From: an uncultured Chlamydiae bacterium
Lineage (GTDB): Bacteria; Chlamydiota; Chlamydiia; Chlamydiales; JAJFMB01
Assembly: GCA_963696295.1 (NCBI GenBank)
Contig: CAVOJR010000001.1
Location: forward strand, 1,184,001 to 1,248,000
Length of the DNA stretch: 64,000 nucleotides
Direction: 5' to 3'
The translations under genes and the position numbers were made by a program. The first letter of the stretch is position 1; every line of letters begins with the position of its first letter. Shown here piece by piece: positions 10,293 through 19,775 of this stretch. The notes beneath the pieces were generated by a model, which saw only the letters and a program-made list of their open reading frames with translations, was not told where the DNA came from and made no database searches.

Positions 10293-11776
10293 TAAAAGTG
10301 GTCACCCCCAAAGAAATGGCCTCGTGCGAAGCGAGGGCCTATGCCGACAACTTTTCGGAAGAGGCCTTTATGGAGCAGGCGGGCAGGGGCATTGCCATTT
10401 GCGTCCAGGAATTCATCCAAAAATGCGCCCTCGAGAAAAGGGTCACCCTCCTTTGCGGAAAAGGGAACAATTCCGGCGACGCGTATGTGGCCGGCAGATA
10501 CCTCCTGCAGCAGAATTACCAGGTCTTTGCCCTCCAAGTCACTCCCATTGAAAAAAGCAGCCCTCTTTGCCAAAAAAACCACGCGCGCTTTTTAGAGTCC
10601 AAAGGGCAAATGACAACTAGCTTGCAGGGTCTTCTCCTCGACGGGCTATTCGGCACCGGCTTTCACGGCGCGCTGGAAGAACCGTTTGCCTCCCTGGTTA
10701 TCCGGGCGAATCAATCCCAATTGCCCCTCATCGCGATCGACATTCCCTCCGGTCTGAACGGGGAAACGGGCGAGGCGGCCGGGCCGGCCATCCAAGCGCA
10801 TCTGACAATTTACTTAGGCCTCCCCAAAACCGGCTTTTTTTTAAACGACGGCTGGAACCATGTCGGCGAGCTGCAAGGCGTGGATTTCGGATTAGAACCC
10901 GCCTACATCGATCAAGCCAAGGCGCCCTTTCTTTTAATCACCGGCTGCCTTCTGCCCCCCGTCAAGCGCAACCGGCACAAATATGAAACCGGCCACGTCG
11001 TCGGCCTGGCGGGCTCTCCCGGCATGCCCGGCGCCGCCCTCCTCGCCTCCTCAGCGGCCCTAAAAGGGGGAGCCGGCATTCTGCACCTTCTCCATCCCGA
11101 CGGGATGCAGGCCGAGCTCGCAAACAGCCTCTACGAAGTGATCAAGATCCCCTACACCAGCCCTGAGCTCGTAATGGAAAAAATCAACCAGGCCAAAGCC
11201 GCCTTCATCGGACCCGGCCTTGGACGCACGGCTGAAACGCGCGCCCTGTTGAAAACCGTGCTGGCCAACCTGACGGTCCCCTCCGTCATCGACGCCGACG
11301 CGCTGACGCTCATTGCCGAAGATCAACTCCCGTTGCCTCCCCGAGCCATTTTAACCCCGCATCATGGGGAGATGGCCCGCCTGCTCAATCCGGCCCACCC
11401 GCAAAAAAACCCCTTAAACGCCGATCTGCTCAACCGCTGCCAGGCCTATGCAAAAGAAAAACGGATCACCCTCGTTCTCAAAGGGGGGCCCACGTTTATT
11501 TTCCATCCTGAAAAACCCGCACTCGTCAACCCCACCGGCTGCCCCGGCATGGCCAAGGCCGGCAGCGGCGACGTGCTCACGGGCCTGATCGCCGCGCTCC
11601 TCGCTCAAGGCGCTGACCCATACGAAGCTGCCGCCACAGGGGTGTATCTGCACGGTTTAGCCGGCGAGGACGCCGAGAGGGAGAAGACGGCCTATGGCAT
11701 GATCGCCTCCGACATCATCGCCCATTTCCCCGCGGCTTTCTATGCCGTTCTGGCGAGTGTAAAAGGCTTAGATTAG
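10289..11776 (+). CDS. nnr: Bifunctional NAD(P)H-hydrate epimerase/dehydratase
   Basis: True start MIKVVTPKEM at 10289 overlapping gpsA stop; CGKGNNSGD, DGLFGTG, IDIPSG, GPGLG, DADAL, LTPHHGE, AGSGDVL. Confidence 0.93.
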   Translation: MIKVVTPKEMASCEARAYADNFSEEAFMEQAGRGIAICVQEFIQKCALEKRVTLLCGKGNNSGDAYVAGRYLLQQNYQVFALQVTPIEKSSPLCQKNHARFLESKGQMTTSLQGLLLDGLFGTGFHGALEEPFASLVIRANQSQLPLIAIDIPSGLNGETGEAAGPAIQAHLTIYLGLPKTGFFLNDGWNHVGELQGVDFGLEPAYIDQAKAPFLLITGCLLPPVKRNRHKYETGHVVGLAGSPGMPGAALLASSAALKGGAGILHLLHPDGMQAELANSLYEVIKIPYTSPELVMEKINQAKAAFIGPGLGRTAETRALLKTVLANLTVPSVIDADALTLIAEDQLPLPPRAILTPHHGEMARLLNPAHPQKNPLNADLLNRCQAYAKEKRITLVLKGGPTFIFHPEKPALVNPTGCPGMAKAGSGDVLTGLIAALLAQGADPYEAAATGVYLHGLAGEDAEREKTAYGMIASDIIAHFPAAFYAVLASVKGLD

Positions 11777-12987
11777 GAGCGGGCCGCCATAGTTCCTGAT
11801 TCAATGGAGCAGACTTTCTTCAACGCTTGATCCAAATCGTCAATAATATCTTCCCTCTTTTCAATCCCAATAGATAATCGGATCAAATCTTCTGGAGAGT
11901 TATCCATCTGTGAGGCTTTTTTATGCTCATGATCTACCATAGAATGAGACATGGATTGGGCATGCTCAATACAACTATGAATCCCCCCTAAACTCACAAA
12001 AAGACCTATTAACCTGGTGTTTTCAATCAATTGTATCGCTGAAGATTTTGACCCTTTTAAAGCGAACGAAATCACTCCTCCCCCATTTTTTAATAGCTGA
12101 TTCGCAAGGGAATACTGAGGATAGGATTTTAAAAGAGGATATCGGACAAACTGCACTTTGGGATGGGATTCAAGATATTCAGCAACAGATAAAGCTGAGG
12201 CGTTTTGTTGCTGCAATCTCAAGTGCAACGTTTTTAGCCCTTGGGAAATCAGCCAAGAGGCGTGAGGATCCATACAAGCTCCATAGAGCGCTTGTGTATG
12301 CCAAATCTTCTCAGCAGTTGCTTCATCACATAAAACCGCTCCTCCAAAAGAAGAAAAGTGTCCGCTGATATATTTCGTAAGGCTGTGAATTGTGATATCA
12401 ATAAAATCCGGGGAATGTATCTCAAGATTGCCAGGAGGGGTAAAAGTGGCATCGCAAATTGTCGTCGCATGGATAGATTTTGAAATTTCTTTGATTTTTC
12501 CAAGATCGGCAAGCACAAGATCAGGATTGCTGAGGGTCTCGAAATAGATGAATTTTCCCTTTTGCGCAGGTGGATGATCCATTAGAGCATCCGCATCAAG
12601 AATGTCAAAGAAGATCACATTAACTCCAAACCTGGGCAGCTCTTCGACAATAAATTTCAAGGTATCCCCATATAGGCGGTTCGAGGCAAAAAGCGTATCC
12701 CCTGATTTTAGCAGAGAGATAAGCGTTGTTGTAATAGCAGACATTCCTGAAGGAAAAATAAGAGATTTTTCATAGCCGCAAATCGCCAAAAGTTGCTGTT
12801 CCAAAAAGCTCACCGTTGGATTACCCCAACGTGTGTAGTAGGCAGAGGGATGCACAGCTTTCTCACAACGAATCGCCTCGGTATAAGAGGGCATTTGAAA
12901 AAGGCTTGTCTGATAAATAGGCTGACACAGCGGCTCATTTTCCGCGCCGATATTAGGGGTCTTTAGCATTCGAGAAAAGCTATCCAT
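11773..12987 (-). CDS. PLP-dependent Cys/Met metabolism enzyme (cystathionine gamma-synthase/lyase family)
   Basis: PIYQTS, YTRWGNPT, SGMSAI, ETLSNP, SLTKYISGH (PLP lysine), SLGG, IRLSIGIE. Confidence 0.9.
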   Translation of the reverse strand: MDSFSRMLKTPNIGAENEPLCQPIYQTSLFQMPSYTEAIRCEKAVHPSAYYTRWGNPTVSFLEQQLLAICGYEKSLIFPSGMSAITTTLISLLKSGDTLFASNRLYGDTLKFIVEELPRFGVNVIFFDILDADALMDHPPAQKGKFIYFETLSNPDLVLADLGKIKEISKSIHATTICDATFTPPGNLEIHSPDFIDITIHSLTKYISGHFSSFGGAVLCDEATAEKIWHTQALYGACMDPHASWLISQGLKTLHLRLQQQNASALSVAEYLESHPKVQFVRYPLLKSYPQYSLANQLLKNGGGVISFALKGSKSSAIQLIENTRLIGLFVSLGGIHSCIEHAQSMSHSMVDHEHKKASQMDNSPEDLIRLSIGIEKREDIIDDLDQALKKVCSIESGTMAARS

Positions 12988-12995
12988 TTTTCCTC

Positions 12996-13997
12996 CTACA
13001 ACAGTGAATTTGGCAAAGCAATCTTACCGGAAATTAATCCAGGTATCAAGGCAATTTGATCTCTTCTGGATGAAAGGAAAATCCCTCCGGAATGGCGATT
13101 AGCTTTGTTATATAAAGGATCCTGCATCATGATCTCATGCGCTTTTCTTATATTCCAAAAGGGGATTTTGGGTCTTAGATGATGAGTCAAATGGTAATTT
13201 TCATTATGGATGCTTAAGAAAAAAGCTTCAATCCAATGACTAAAGCGATTTCGACTCATCTCGACAGGATGATCCGAACTCCCGACTAGAGGAAAATGCT
13301 CAGCAATCTCAATAAAATGACCTATGATTACAAAAACTGTCAGATAGGGAATGATCCAATATAATAAAAATAAATGAAAGAAATGAAAGGCAAACATCAA
13401 AGAAAATATAACACCCCAAAATAACAAAAATTGCACGGCTTCTTTTTGGAACTTACAAAAAGAAGTTAAGCGTTGCTTAATGAGATAATGAACATAGGGC
13501 ACTGTTTTTAGACAAAGCAAAGGAGATAACACAAAAGATCGAAAAAATTTCTTTTGGCTGACTCCTCTGTACAATCCTTGTGACAGATAATATTGGAAGT
13601 CAGGATCTTTGTTTTTATCTCCTAATGCGCCATGATGCGCCCCTACATGCGATTGCTTGTAAGCATTGAAACTTTGAAAAATCCAATACCCTGAAAAAAA
13701 CGTGCCTATTACATAGTTTAAATCCCGATTTTTCGCGATGCTGTTATGGGCTGCTTCATGGAGAAGTGTAGCCAAAGCCCGTTGTCTTGAACCGATGAGT
13801 AATAGAGTGAGAGGGTAAAAATAAAAGCTTATATTATTAGAAAGTAAAACAGCTAAAATGACAAAGCCCCAATCCATTAATAGCGCTAATATTCCATGAT
13901 AGTTATCACATTTTGATAACTGATTTAATTGGACATTCAATTCATCAGAAAATCTCAATTTTTGCTGGCGGAACTGTAACTCGTGGCCTTTGTTCAT
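12996..13997 (-). CDS. Membrane di-iron fatty-acid-desaturase-family enzyme (desaturase/hydroxylase)
   Basis: His boxes HEAAH, HVGAHH, HNENYHLTHH; hydrophobic TM segments; GSRQRALATLLHEAAH. Confidence 0.88.
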   Translation of the reverse strand: MNKGHELQFRQQKLRFSDELNVQLNQLSKCDNYHGILALLMDWGFVILAVLLSNNISFYFYPLTLLLIGSRQRALATLLHEAAHNSIAKNRDLNYVIGTFFSGYWIFQSFNAYKQSHVGAHHGALGDKNKDPDFQYYLSQGLYRGVSQKKFFRSFVLSPLLCLKTVPYVHYLIKQRLTSFCKFQKEAVQFLLFWGVIFSLMFAFHFFHLFLLYWIIPYLTVFVIIGHFIEIAEHFPLVGSSDHPVEMSRNRFSHWIEAFFLSIHNENYHLTHHLRPKIPFWNIRKAHEIMMQDPLYNKANRHSGGIFLSSRRDQIALIPGLISGKIALPNSLL

Positions 13998-14796
13998 GAT
14001 AACGATTTGTTAATTCTATAAATTTCTCTCGAACTTGCACAGGCAAACTATCCACTATATTATAATAGTTTTCCCATCGCTGATCCAATTCGCCTTGTAG
14101 ACGCTGTTGACCTTCCATCCCATAAAACCTGACAAACATGCGATAAATATTGAAATCATCGCTTGCGATATCTTTCTCATAACATCTCACATCATCTTCA
14201 ATGTCCCGAATTACTTCGATGACTTGAATAGCTTCCCATTCTCTTTCCCCTAAAGATATCCCTTTAATATTTTGAAAAATATGATGTATCATCATCACAT
14301 CGCTCGCACGCAATTCAATGGCCTTTGAGAGCTTTTCGGGTGTGATGGCGTTTCCATACATGAGATCATTTTCAAGAATCCAATATTCTGTTAAATGATT
14401 CGCTTCCACTTCAACTGGAAAAGAGTATAAGCGAATCTCCTTAAGCAGTTCCATCAGATTTTCTTTTTGGACAATCCAAGGTTGAACCCCTTCATATGAA
14501 GCAAGATCTTTTTGTCCTTGTTCAATTTCGGCATCTGCTTGATAAACAAGAGCCTGAGTAAAAAGAACTATCGGATAAACATCTTTCTGAAATTCCAGCG
14601 CGGTAAATTCATATAGAGGGGCTACATAATGAAACAGAAACGACAAAAATTTCATACTATGCTTCACAGTCCCATATGACAATAGGGGCTGTTCTGTGAT
14701 GGAGAGGTGCTGTTGCGAAAAGCTTGTAGAAGTACAAAACAATGCAGCAGTCAAAGTTGAACATACAATACGCTTAAAAGAAATGCAGTAAACCAT
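13945..14796 (-). CDS. Hypothetical protein, possible isoprenoid/terpene-synthase-like alpha-helical fold, with signal-peptide-like N-terminus
   Basis: ATG 14796 with GGAG RBS; acidic motif DIEDDVRCYEKDIASDDFN resembles the second Mg2+-binding motif of class I isoprenoid synthases; first gene of a 3-gene co-oriented block. Confidence 0.55.
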   Translation of the reverse strand: MVYCISFKRIVCSTLTAALFCTSTSFSQQHLSITEQPLLSYGTVKHSMKFLSFLFHYVAPLYEFTALEFQKDVYPIVLFTQALVYQADAEIEQGQKDLASYEGVQPWIVQKENLMELLKEIRLYSFPVEVEANHLTEYWILENDLMYGNAITPEKLSKAIELRASDVMMIHHIFQNIKGISLGEREWEAIQVIEVIRDIEDDVRCYEKDIASDDFNIYRMFVRFYGMEGQQRLQGELDQRWENYYNIVDSLPVQVREKFIELTNRYHEQRPRVTVPPAKIEIF

Positions 14797-14891
14797 TATA
14801 AACTCCAATAACCCCAAACCGGTCAGTTCTTGAATTACAAAAGACTGAAGCCTACCACAAAGCGATAAAATTCCCAAACAAAATTCTCAAC

Positions 14892-15809
14892 CTACCTGAA
14901 AAGGAGGCCGATATTCCTTAAGAAGCCGTTTCTGAAGAATCCATATTTGATGACCCGGTAGCGGCCGGTGAAGAAAGGAGTGGCGGGCAAGTGCAAATAG
15001 GCGGTAAGCATCTCTCTTTGCCTCGCGGTTAAGCGCTCCTTGTAGCGAAGAAGGAAGGCTTCGGCCTGCCTATAGTTTGAGTTTTCCGCCTTTTTGGAAA
15101 ACAAGCGGGCCAATCCTTTTTTGATTAGGGTGAGAGGGGAATACTTGATCGCCCCGAGCTGATTCTTCCCATGCTGGCGGTAGTATAGGGTCGATTCGGG
15201 CAAAAACCCGATTTTGCCAAAGGCGGAGGCGACTAATGCCACCCACCAGTCGTGCATCAGGGCCTCTTTGGGGATCGGCTGCGACAGATCGAGAAGGGAA
15301 CGGTTCATGAGCATGGTGCAGCCGGTGACGACGTTTTGCACGAGGAGCCGGTTCAAGCTCTCTCTTTTAGGATTTAAGTTGGCATAGGCCAAAAAGGAGG
15401 GGGAGAGCTCTTTTAGATTTTTATCCGCGACGCACAAATCGGTGTGCACGAGCAAAGGGGTGGTTTTGCCAAATTGGCTTTCCAGGCGGTGCATGAGGGC
15501 GAGGCTCTTGGCCACTTTATCTCTTTTCCAGACATCGTCCTGATCGCAAAACAGCGCATAATCGCTTTGCGATAAGGCCATCAATTTTGAAAAGTTCCCT
15601 TGCGGCCCCGCGTTTTCTCCCTCTACAAATTCAATCTGGGGATAGCGCTGCTGATATTCTTTGATGATGGCTCTGGTCCCATCGGTGGAGCCGTCGTCGC
15701 GGATGATAATGTGGATATCCCGCTGGGTTTGGCTGAGCAGGGAGTCCAGCTGCTCCGAAAGAAAAGCTTCCCCATTGTAAGTCGCCAAAAGAATATCAAC
15801 TTTGCTCAT
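14892..15809 (-). CDS. Glycosyltransferase family 2 (rhamnosyltransferase-like)
   Basis: ILLATYNGE, RDDGSTDGT, FCDQDDVW, VTGCT, MHDWW, YRQH. Confidence 0.9.
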   Translation of the reverse strand: MSKVDILLATYNGEAFLSEQLDSLLSQTQRDIHIIIRDDGSTDGTRAIIKEYQQRYPQIEFVEGENAGPQGNFSKLMALSQSDYALFCDQDDVWKRDKVAKSLALMHRLESQFGKTTPLLVHTDLCVADKNLKELSPSFLAYANLNPKRESLNRLLVQNVVTGCTMLMNRSLLDLSQPIPKEALMHDWWVALVASAFGKIGFLPESTLYYRQHGKNQLGAIKYSPLTLIKKGLARLFSKKAENSNYRQAEAFLLRYKERLTARQREMLTAYLHLPATPFFTGRYRVIKYGFFRNGFLRNIGLLFR

Positions 15810-16956
15810 GAAACTCCCACTGATCGCCTAAAAAAACACCCGCCTGGGTTTTGAAAAAGGCGCCATAGACCGGCACAGCCAAAGCGATCTCATCGGTTGT
15901 GATCCTCTTCACCTTGTGGATGCCGCTTTCGATTTTCAAGTAATATTCCCCTTCGTGCAAGAGGGCGGGGGGAAGGACGAAGGAAACGGTAAACCGCCCT
16001 TTCTTGAGCTCTTTATCATAATAGGAACCGGCCAGAAATTGATGCTCTTTATTCCAAAGAGTCAATCCAAAAAATAAGCCGCTCCGCGCCTTTTTTATTT
16101 CCAGCTGGATGGTGACAGTGATGGGTTCCTTTTGATAAAAGAAATCCCTCTCCCCGGAGAGCGAGACCCTATGGAAGCGGATATGTTCATCGCCGCAGTC
16201 GCCGCTCCAGGTGCGCCCCATCTGAGTGTAGCTGCTGTGGTAGTGCTGGATGCACTCCCCGATGGGCCCAAACATCTTAAGACGCCCCTGTTCCAGATAG
16301 ATCCCTTTTTGACAAAGGGAGAGGATCGCGCCGGCGTTGTGGCTGACAAACAAAACGGTGCGCCCGTTTTTCCCCTGCTCGTTCAATTTCTTCAAACACT
16401 TTTCCTGAAAAGGCTTATCGCCCACCGCTAAAACTTCATCGACAATCAAAATATCGGGATCGAGATGGGCGGCGACGGCAAATCCGAGGCGCGCGAGCAT
16501 CCCGCTGGAGTAGCGCTTCACAGGAGTATCCAAAAAGGGGGCCACTTCGGCAAAATCGACGATCTCATCAAATTTTTGCTGAATTTCTCTTCGCTTTAAA
16601 CCGAGAATCGCCCCATTGAGGAAAATATTTTCCCGCCCGGTCAGCTCGAGATGAAATCCGGTCCCCACTTCCAGTAAACTGGCTACCCTGCCGCGGATTT
16701 TCACTTCGCCGGCGGTGGGGGGAGTGATTTTGGAAATGATCTTTAAAAGAGTCGATTTGCCGGCCCCGTTTCGTCCGATAATCCCTACCTGATCCCCCGG
16801 ATTGATATCGATATCGATATCGCGAAGGGCCCAGAACTCCTCGTAAACGCGCCGTTTAAAGAAGGATCTCAGGTTGCCGAGCGTTTCGGCCAGCGTCCGG
16901 TTATCATCGTGATAAATTTTGTACTTTTTGGAAAGCTGCCGAATTTGCAAACTCAT
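15796..16956 (-). CDS. wzt: Polysaccharide ABC exporter ATP-binding subunit with C-terminal carbohydrate-binding domain
   Basis: FWALRDI, GRNGAGKST, LLEVGTGFH.ELTGRENI, PVKRYSSGM, VDEVLAVGD. Confidence 0.92.
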   Translation of the reverse strand: MSLQIRQLSKKYKIYHDDNRTLAETLGNLRSFFKRRVYEEFWALRDIDIDINPGDQVGIIGRNGAGKSTLLKIISKITPPTAGEVKIRGRVASLLEVGTGFHLELTGRENIFLNGAILGLKRREIQQKFDEIVDFAEVAPFLDTPVKRYSSGMLARLGFAVAAHLDPDILIVDEVLAVGDKPFQEKCLKKLNEQGKNGRTVLFVSHNAGAILSLCQKGIYLEQGRLKMFGPIGECIQHYHSSYTQMGRTWSGDCGDEHIRFHRVSLSGERDFFYQKEPITVTIQLEIKKARSGLFFGLTLWNKEHQFLAGSYYDKELKKGRFTVSFVLPPALLHEGEYYLKIESGIHKVKRITTDEIALAVPVYGAFFKTQAGVFLGDQWEFHEQS

Positions 16957-17759
16957 ATTCTGTCCGCGAAAGAGGTTTCAAAAGCGCGAAAATAGGCGAG
17001 GCCGCTCGCAAAGAGGAAAAGGGTGACCGCTGCAGAAAGAGACAGGGAGAGGCAAAAGTTTTCATGCGCCACGCCAAAAAAAGCAAAGCGGAAACCATCG
17101 ATGATCCCCACCATCGGATTGCAATAGTAGAGGGGATGGTTGATGATAAAGCTCCCATACCCGACCGGCGAGGCGAACATGCCGAACTGGAGCAGAAAAG
17201 GGACGATAAAGCGAATATCGCGAAAGCGCACCGTGAGAGCGGACAGCCAGAAACTCACGCCGAGGCAAAGGAGGAGGAGCAAAAGGAAAAAGAGGGGCAA
17301 AGTCACCAGGCTGAAAAAATTTAAGGAGGTGCAGGCGAGGAGGAAAAAGAGGAGCAGGTTGATGCCGAAATCGACCATTTGCACCAGGATCTGACTGATG
17401 GGCAGTATCATCCGGAAAAAAAACACTTTAGTGATGAGCGTGGGATTATTGATAAAACAGGTCGATGTTTCCTGAATCGAATTGGCAAACAATTGCCAGG
17501 GGAGCATGCCCGCCAGCACAAAGAGGGAATAGTTGATGCCATCGGAGGGCAGATGGGCGATTTTTCCAAAGAGATAGGCGAACAAAGCCATGTTGAGCAA
17601 AGGCCTGATCACCGCCCACGCCACACCTAGAAAAGTTTGTTTATACCGGACGAGAATATCGCGCCAGCAAAAGAAAAACAAAAGTTCCCACTGATTGAAT
17701 AATTCTTTTAAATAGGATTTCACAGCTATACTTTTAACAAAATCCCCTTTATTCGGCAA
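16953..17759 (-). CDS. wzm: Polysaccharide ABC exporter permease
   Basis: RDILVRYKQTFLGVAWAVIRP, FRDI, NPMVGIIDGFR, FADRI; adjacent to wzt; exact start uncertain. Confidence 0.9.
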   Translation of the reverse strand: MPNKGDFVKSIAVKSYLKELFNQWELLFFFCWRDILVRYKQTFLGVAWAVIRPLLNMALFAYLFGKIAHLPSDGINYSLFVLAGMLPWQLFANSIQETSTCFINNPTLITKVFFFRMILPISQILVQMVDFGINLLLFFLLACTSLNFFSLVTLPLFFLLLLLLCLGVSFWLSALTVRFRDIRFIVPFLLQFGMFASPVGYGSFIINHPLYYCNPMVGIIDGFRFAFFGVAHENFCLSLSLSAAVTLFLFASGLAYFRAFETSFADRI

Positions 17760-17927
17760 GATAGGAGTAAATGTTCACAAGGGAGGTATTTATCAGTCCT
17801 AAGTGGATATTTAAACTACCACAGGCCCGAGAGCACGGGGAGGAAATGTAATTTTTTAAGTGTGAACATAATAGTACGCCAATGTTTAAATTACTACATT
17901 GAGGTAAATTTTACTCGTTGCAAAATT

Positions 17928-18106
17928 CTTAAGCATCCTCCTGACCCCGCAGGATCTGCCCCTTTTTCAAAGGCTCCTCGGAGACGGCTCCCCAATCGGC
18001 GTCAAGTTCAGCTATGCCGGGCAAGCTGAGGCGAATGGGATCTCAGAGGCATTGTCAAAATTTATCGGATCTTCCCGTCTGCCTGATTTTGGGCGACAAT
18101 ATTTTC
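17928..18106 (+). pseudogene. Degenerate partial duplicate of rmlA (rfbA)
   Basis: 17944-18106 aligns at nucleotide level to 19935-20108 with scattered substitutions and short deletions; 17928-17943 matches two further upstream rmlA pieces. Confidence 0.9.
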
Positions 18107-18153
18107 ACCTAGTTTCGAAAGGCCCGGATGCGCACTAAGATGGGACTTCAAGT

Positions 18154-18702
18154 TTACAATGTTTTATCAGGGCCTTTACAGATCTTTAAAGCCTCTTCGT
18201 ATGATTCTTCAAATTCACTTTTAATTGAGGGAATATCGGTGGTTATCAAATTCTGATAAACTATCTTTTCTCGAAAAATTTCAGCAATTCCAATATAAGG
18301 ATCATCCAGACCAATTCCTTTTGAATTAGTAATAATTATGATAATCTCGATATTCTTGATTTCAAAGGGATAATTTTTCAGATATGGCTTGATTGAATCA
18401 TTTGAATTAACAAAATCAAGAAAATCTTGGGCAGAGTTGATTAGGATTTTTCGAATATGCTCTCTCGAAAGTGGACCTTTGATGTGAGAATGAAATCCTA
18501 ATAATCTCACTTCGCCTCCTGGCATTGAAACGATAGTTGCACAAGTTTGTAACTTGTATTTTTTATCAAATAAAACTGAAATTTGATGTAAAAGTCTATT
18601 AACTGATTGTTCGCTCTTGGGTATTTCTAAATTATTTTGATTTTTTTCATTATTGCATCCCATAAACATAAACAGGCTTAGACAAATTATATATATTTTC
18701 AA
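18154..18702 (-). CDS. Lipoprotein, putative polymorphic-toxin immunity-like protein (paralog 1)
   Basis: Lipobox-like LFMFMGC; paralog of 18910-19446; SIKPYLKNYPFEIKNIEI motif. Confidence 0.65.
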   Translation of the reverse strand: MKIYIICLSLFMFMGCNNEKNQNNLEIPKSEQSVNRLLHQISVLFDKKYKLQTCATIVSMPGGEVRLLGFHSHIKGPLSREHIRKILINSAQDFLDFVNSNDSIKPYLKNYPFEIKNIEIIIIITNSKGIGLDDPYIGIAEIFREKIVYQNLITTDIPSIKSEFEESYEEALKICKGPDKTL

Positions 18703-18902
18703 GTCAACCTTCCCTGTGATTCAAAATAATTGTAAATTCTTTCGATAAGTACCTTTTGATATGTTGGACTATTGAAGGGATGATCGTGATATTTAGCATT
18801 AAGATGAGACTGTAGTTGAATGATCGTTTCCATATTCCTTTCAGCACCATTTTTATCAAAATAGGGTACCTGACGCGATCAAGGCATTTCGAAGTACTCA
18901 TC
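18699..18902 (-). pseudogene. Start-less gene 3' fragment, probable toxin C-terminal tip
   Basis: Frame not in the ORF track reads DEYFEMP*SRQVPYFDKNGAERNMETIIQLQSHLNAKYHDHPFNSPTYQKVLIERIYNYFESQGRLT*; its TGA overlaps the TTG start of the downstream lipoprotein. Confidence 0.55.
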
Positions 18903-18909
18903 AAATGAA

Positions 18910-19446
18910 TTATGAACTCATGCTCGCTTTTAATGCCTCTTCGTATGTTTCTTCAAATTCACTCTCTATATGAGGTGTATCCCCTGAGATTACTGTTTTA
19001 TATACCAGCTTCCCTCTGGCAATTGCTGCAATGCCGATATTAGGATCCTCAATTACGATGCCCCTTGAGTCGACAACAAACAATGTAATATCTATATTCT
19101 CGGTTTTGAATGGATAAATTTGTAAATAAGGTCTTATCGTTTCATCAGAATTAACTATCTCCAAAAATTCTTGCTCTAGTTGTAAAAGAATTTTGCGAAG
19201 GTCCCCTCTTGAAAGAGGGCCTCTGATTTGAAAATCCAATCCTAATAACTTTACTTCACCATCGGGCATTGAAACGTTAGTAGCTCTTGTTTTTAACTTG
19301 TATTTTTTATCAAATAAAACTGAAATTTGATGTAAAAGTCTATTAACTGATTGTTCGCTCTTGGGTATTTCTAAATTAATTTGATTTTTTTCATTATTGC
19401 ATCCCATAAATATAAACAGGCTTAGACAAATTAAATATATTTTCAA
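18910..19446 (-). CDS. Lipoprotein, putative immunity-like protein (paralog 2)
   Basis: LFIFMGC lipobox-like; first ~50 aa nearly identical to paralog 1; TIRPYLQIYPFKTENIDI. Confidence 0.65.
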   Translation of the reverse strand: MKIYLICLSLFIFMGCNNEKNQINLEIPKSEQSVNRLLHQISVLFDKKYKLKTRATNVSMPDGEVKLLGLDFQIRGPLSRGDLRKILLQLEQEFLEIVNSDETIRPYLQIYPFKTENIDITLFVVDSRGIVIEDPNIGIAAIARGKLVYKTVISGDTPHIESEFEETYEEALKASMSS

Positions 19447-19775
19447 ATCAACCTTCCCTGTATGCTGGGATATTAATAATAAATATTACAATGCAAAACC
19501 AATAAAATATTTTCATATACACTAGCCAAGTTATGGTTTTAAGCGGACAGACAATAGCTGAAATACCTATTTAATGGCAATTTCAGAACAGCATTGATCA
19601 ATTAATTTCCAACCACCCCAACCCATACACGAGGCTAAAACGCATGGGACGATTTTTGGTAATTTCTTTCGTCCGATCTAGCTGGAGGAAGCCTCTCTTT
19701 GAAGATGAGTTCGGGCAAAGTCGCGTTTCGGCAAGATTGACAAAAAGATCTGACTGAGCTTAAGATATTAAGGAT

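Larger units (their letters stand above)
18549..19461. repeat. Near-identical ~170-bp direct repeat (18549-18717 and 19293-19461, 744-bp period) covering the RBS and 5' end of two paralogs
   Basis: Shared AACTTGTATTTTTTATCAAATAAAACTGAAATTTGATGTAAAAGTCTATTAACTGATTGTTCGCTCTTGGG... through ...TCAACCTTCCCTGT. Confidence 0.9.

Noticed and set aside
18704..18904. 66-aa ORF in the track
   Set aside because: A different frame gives the more protein-like sequence, with its stop coupled to the next gene.
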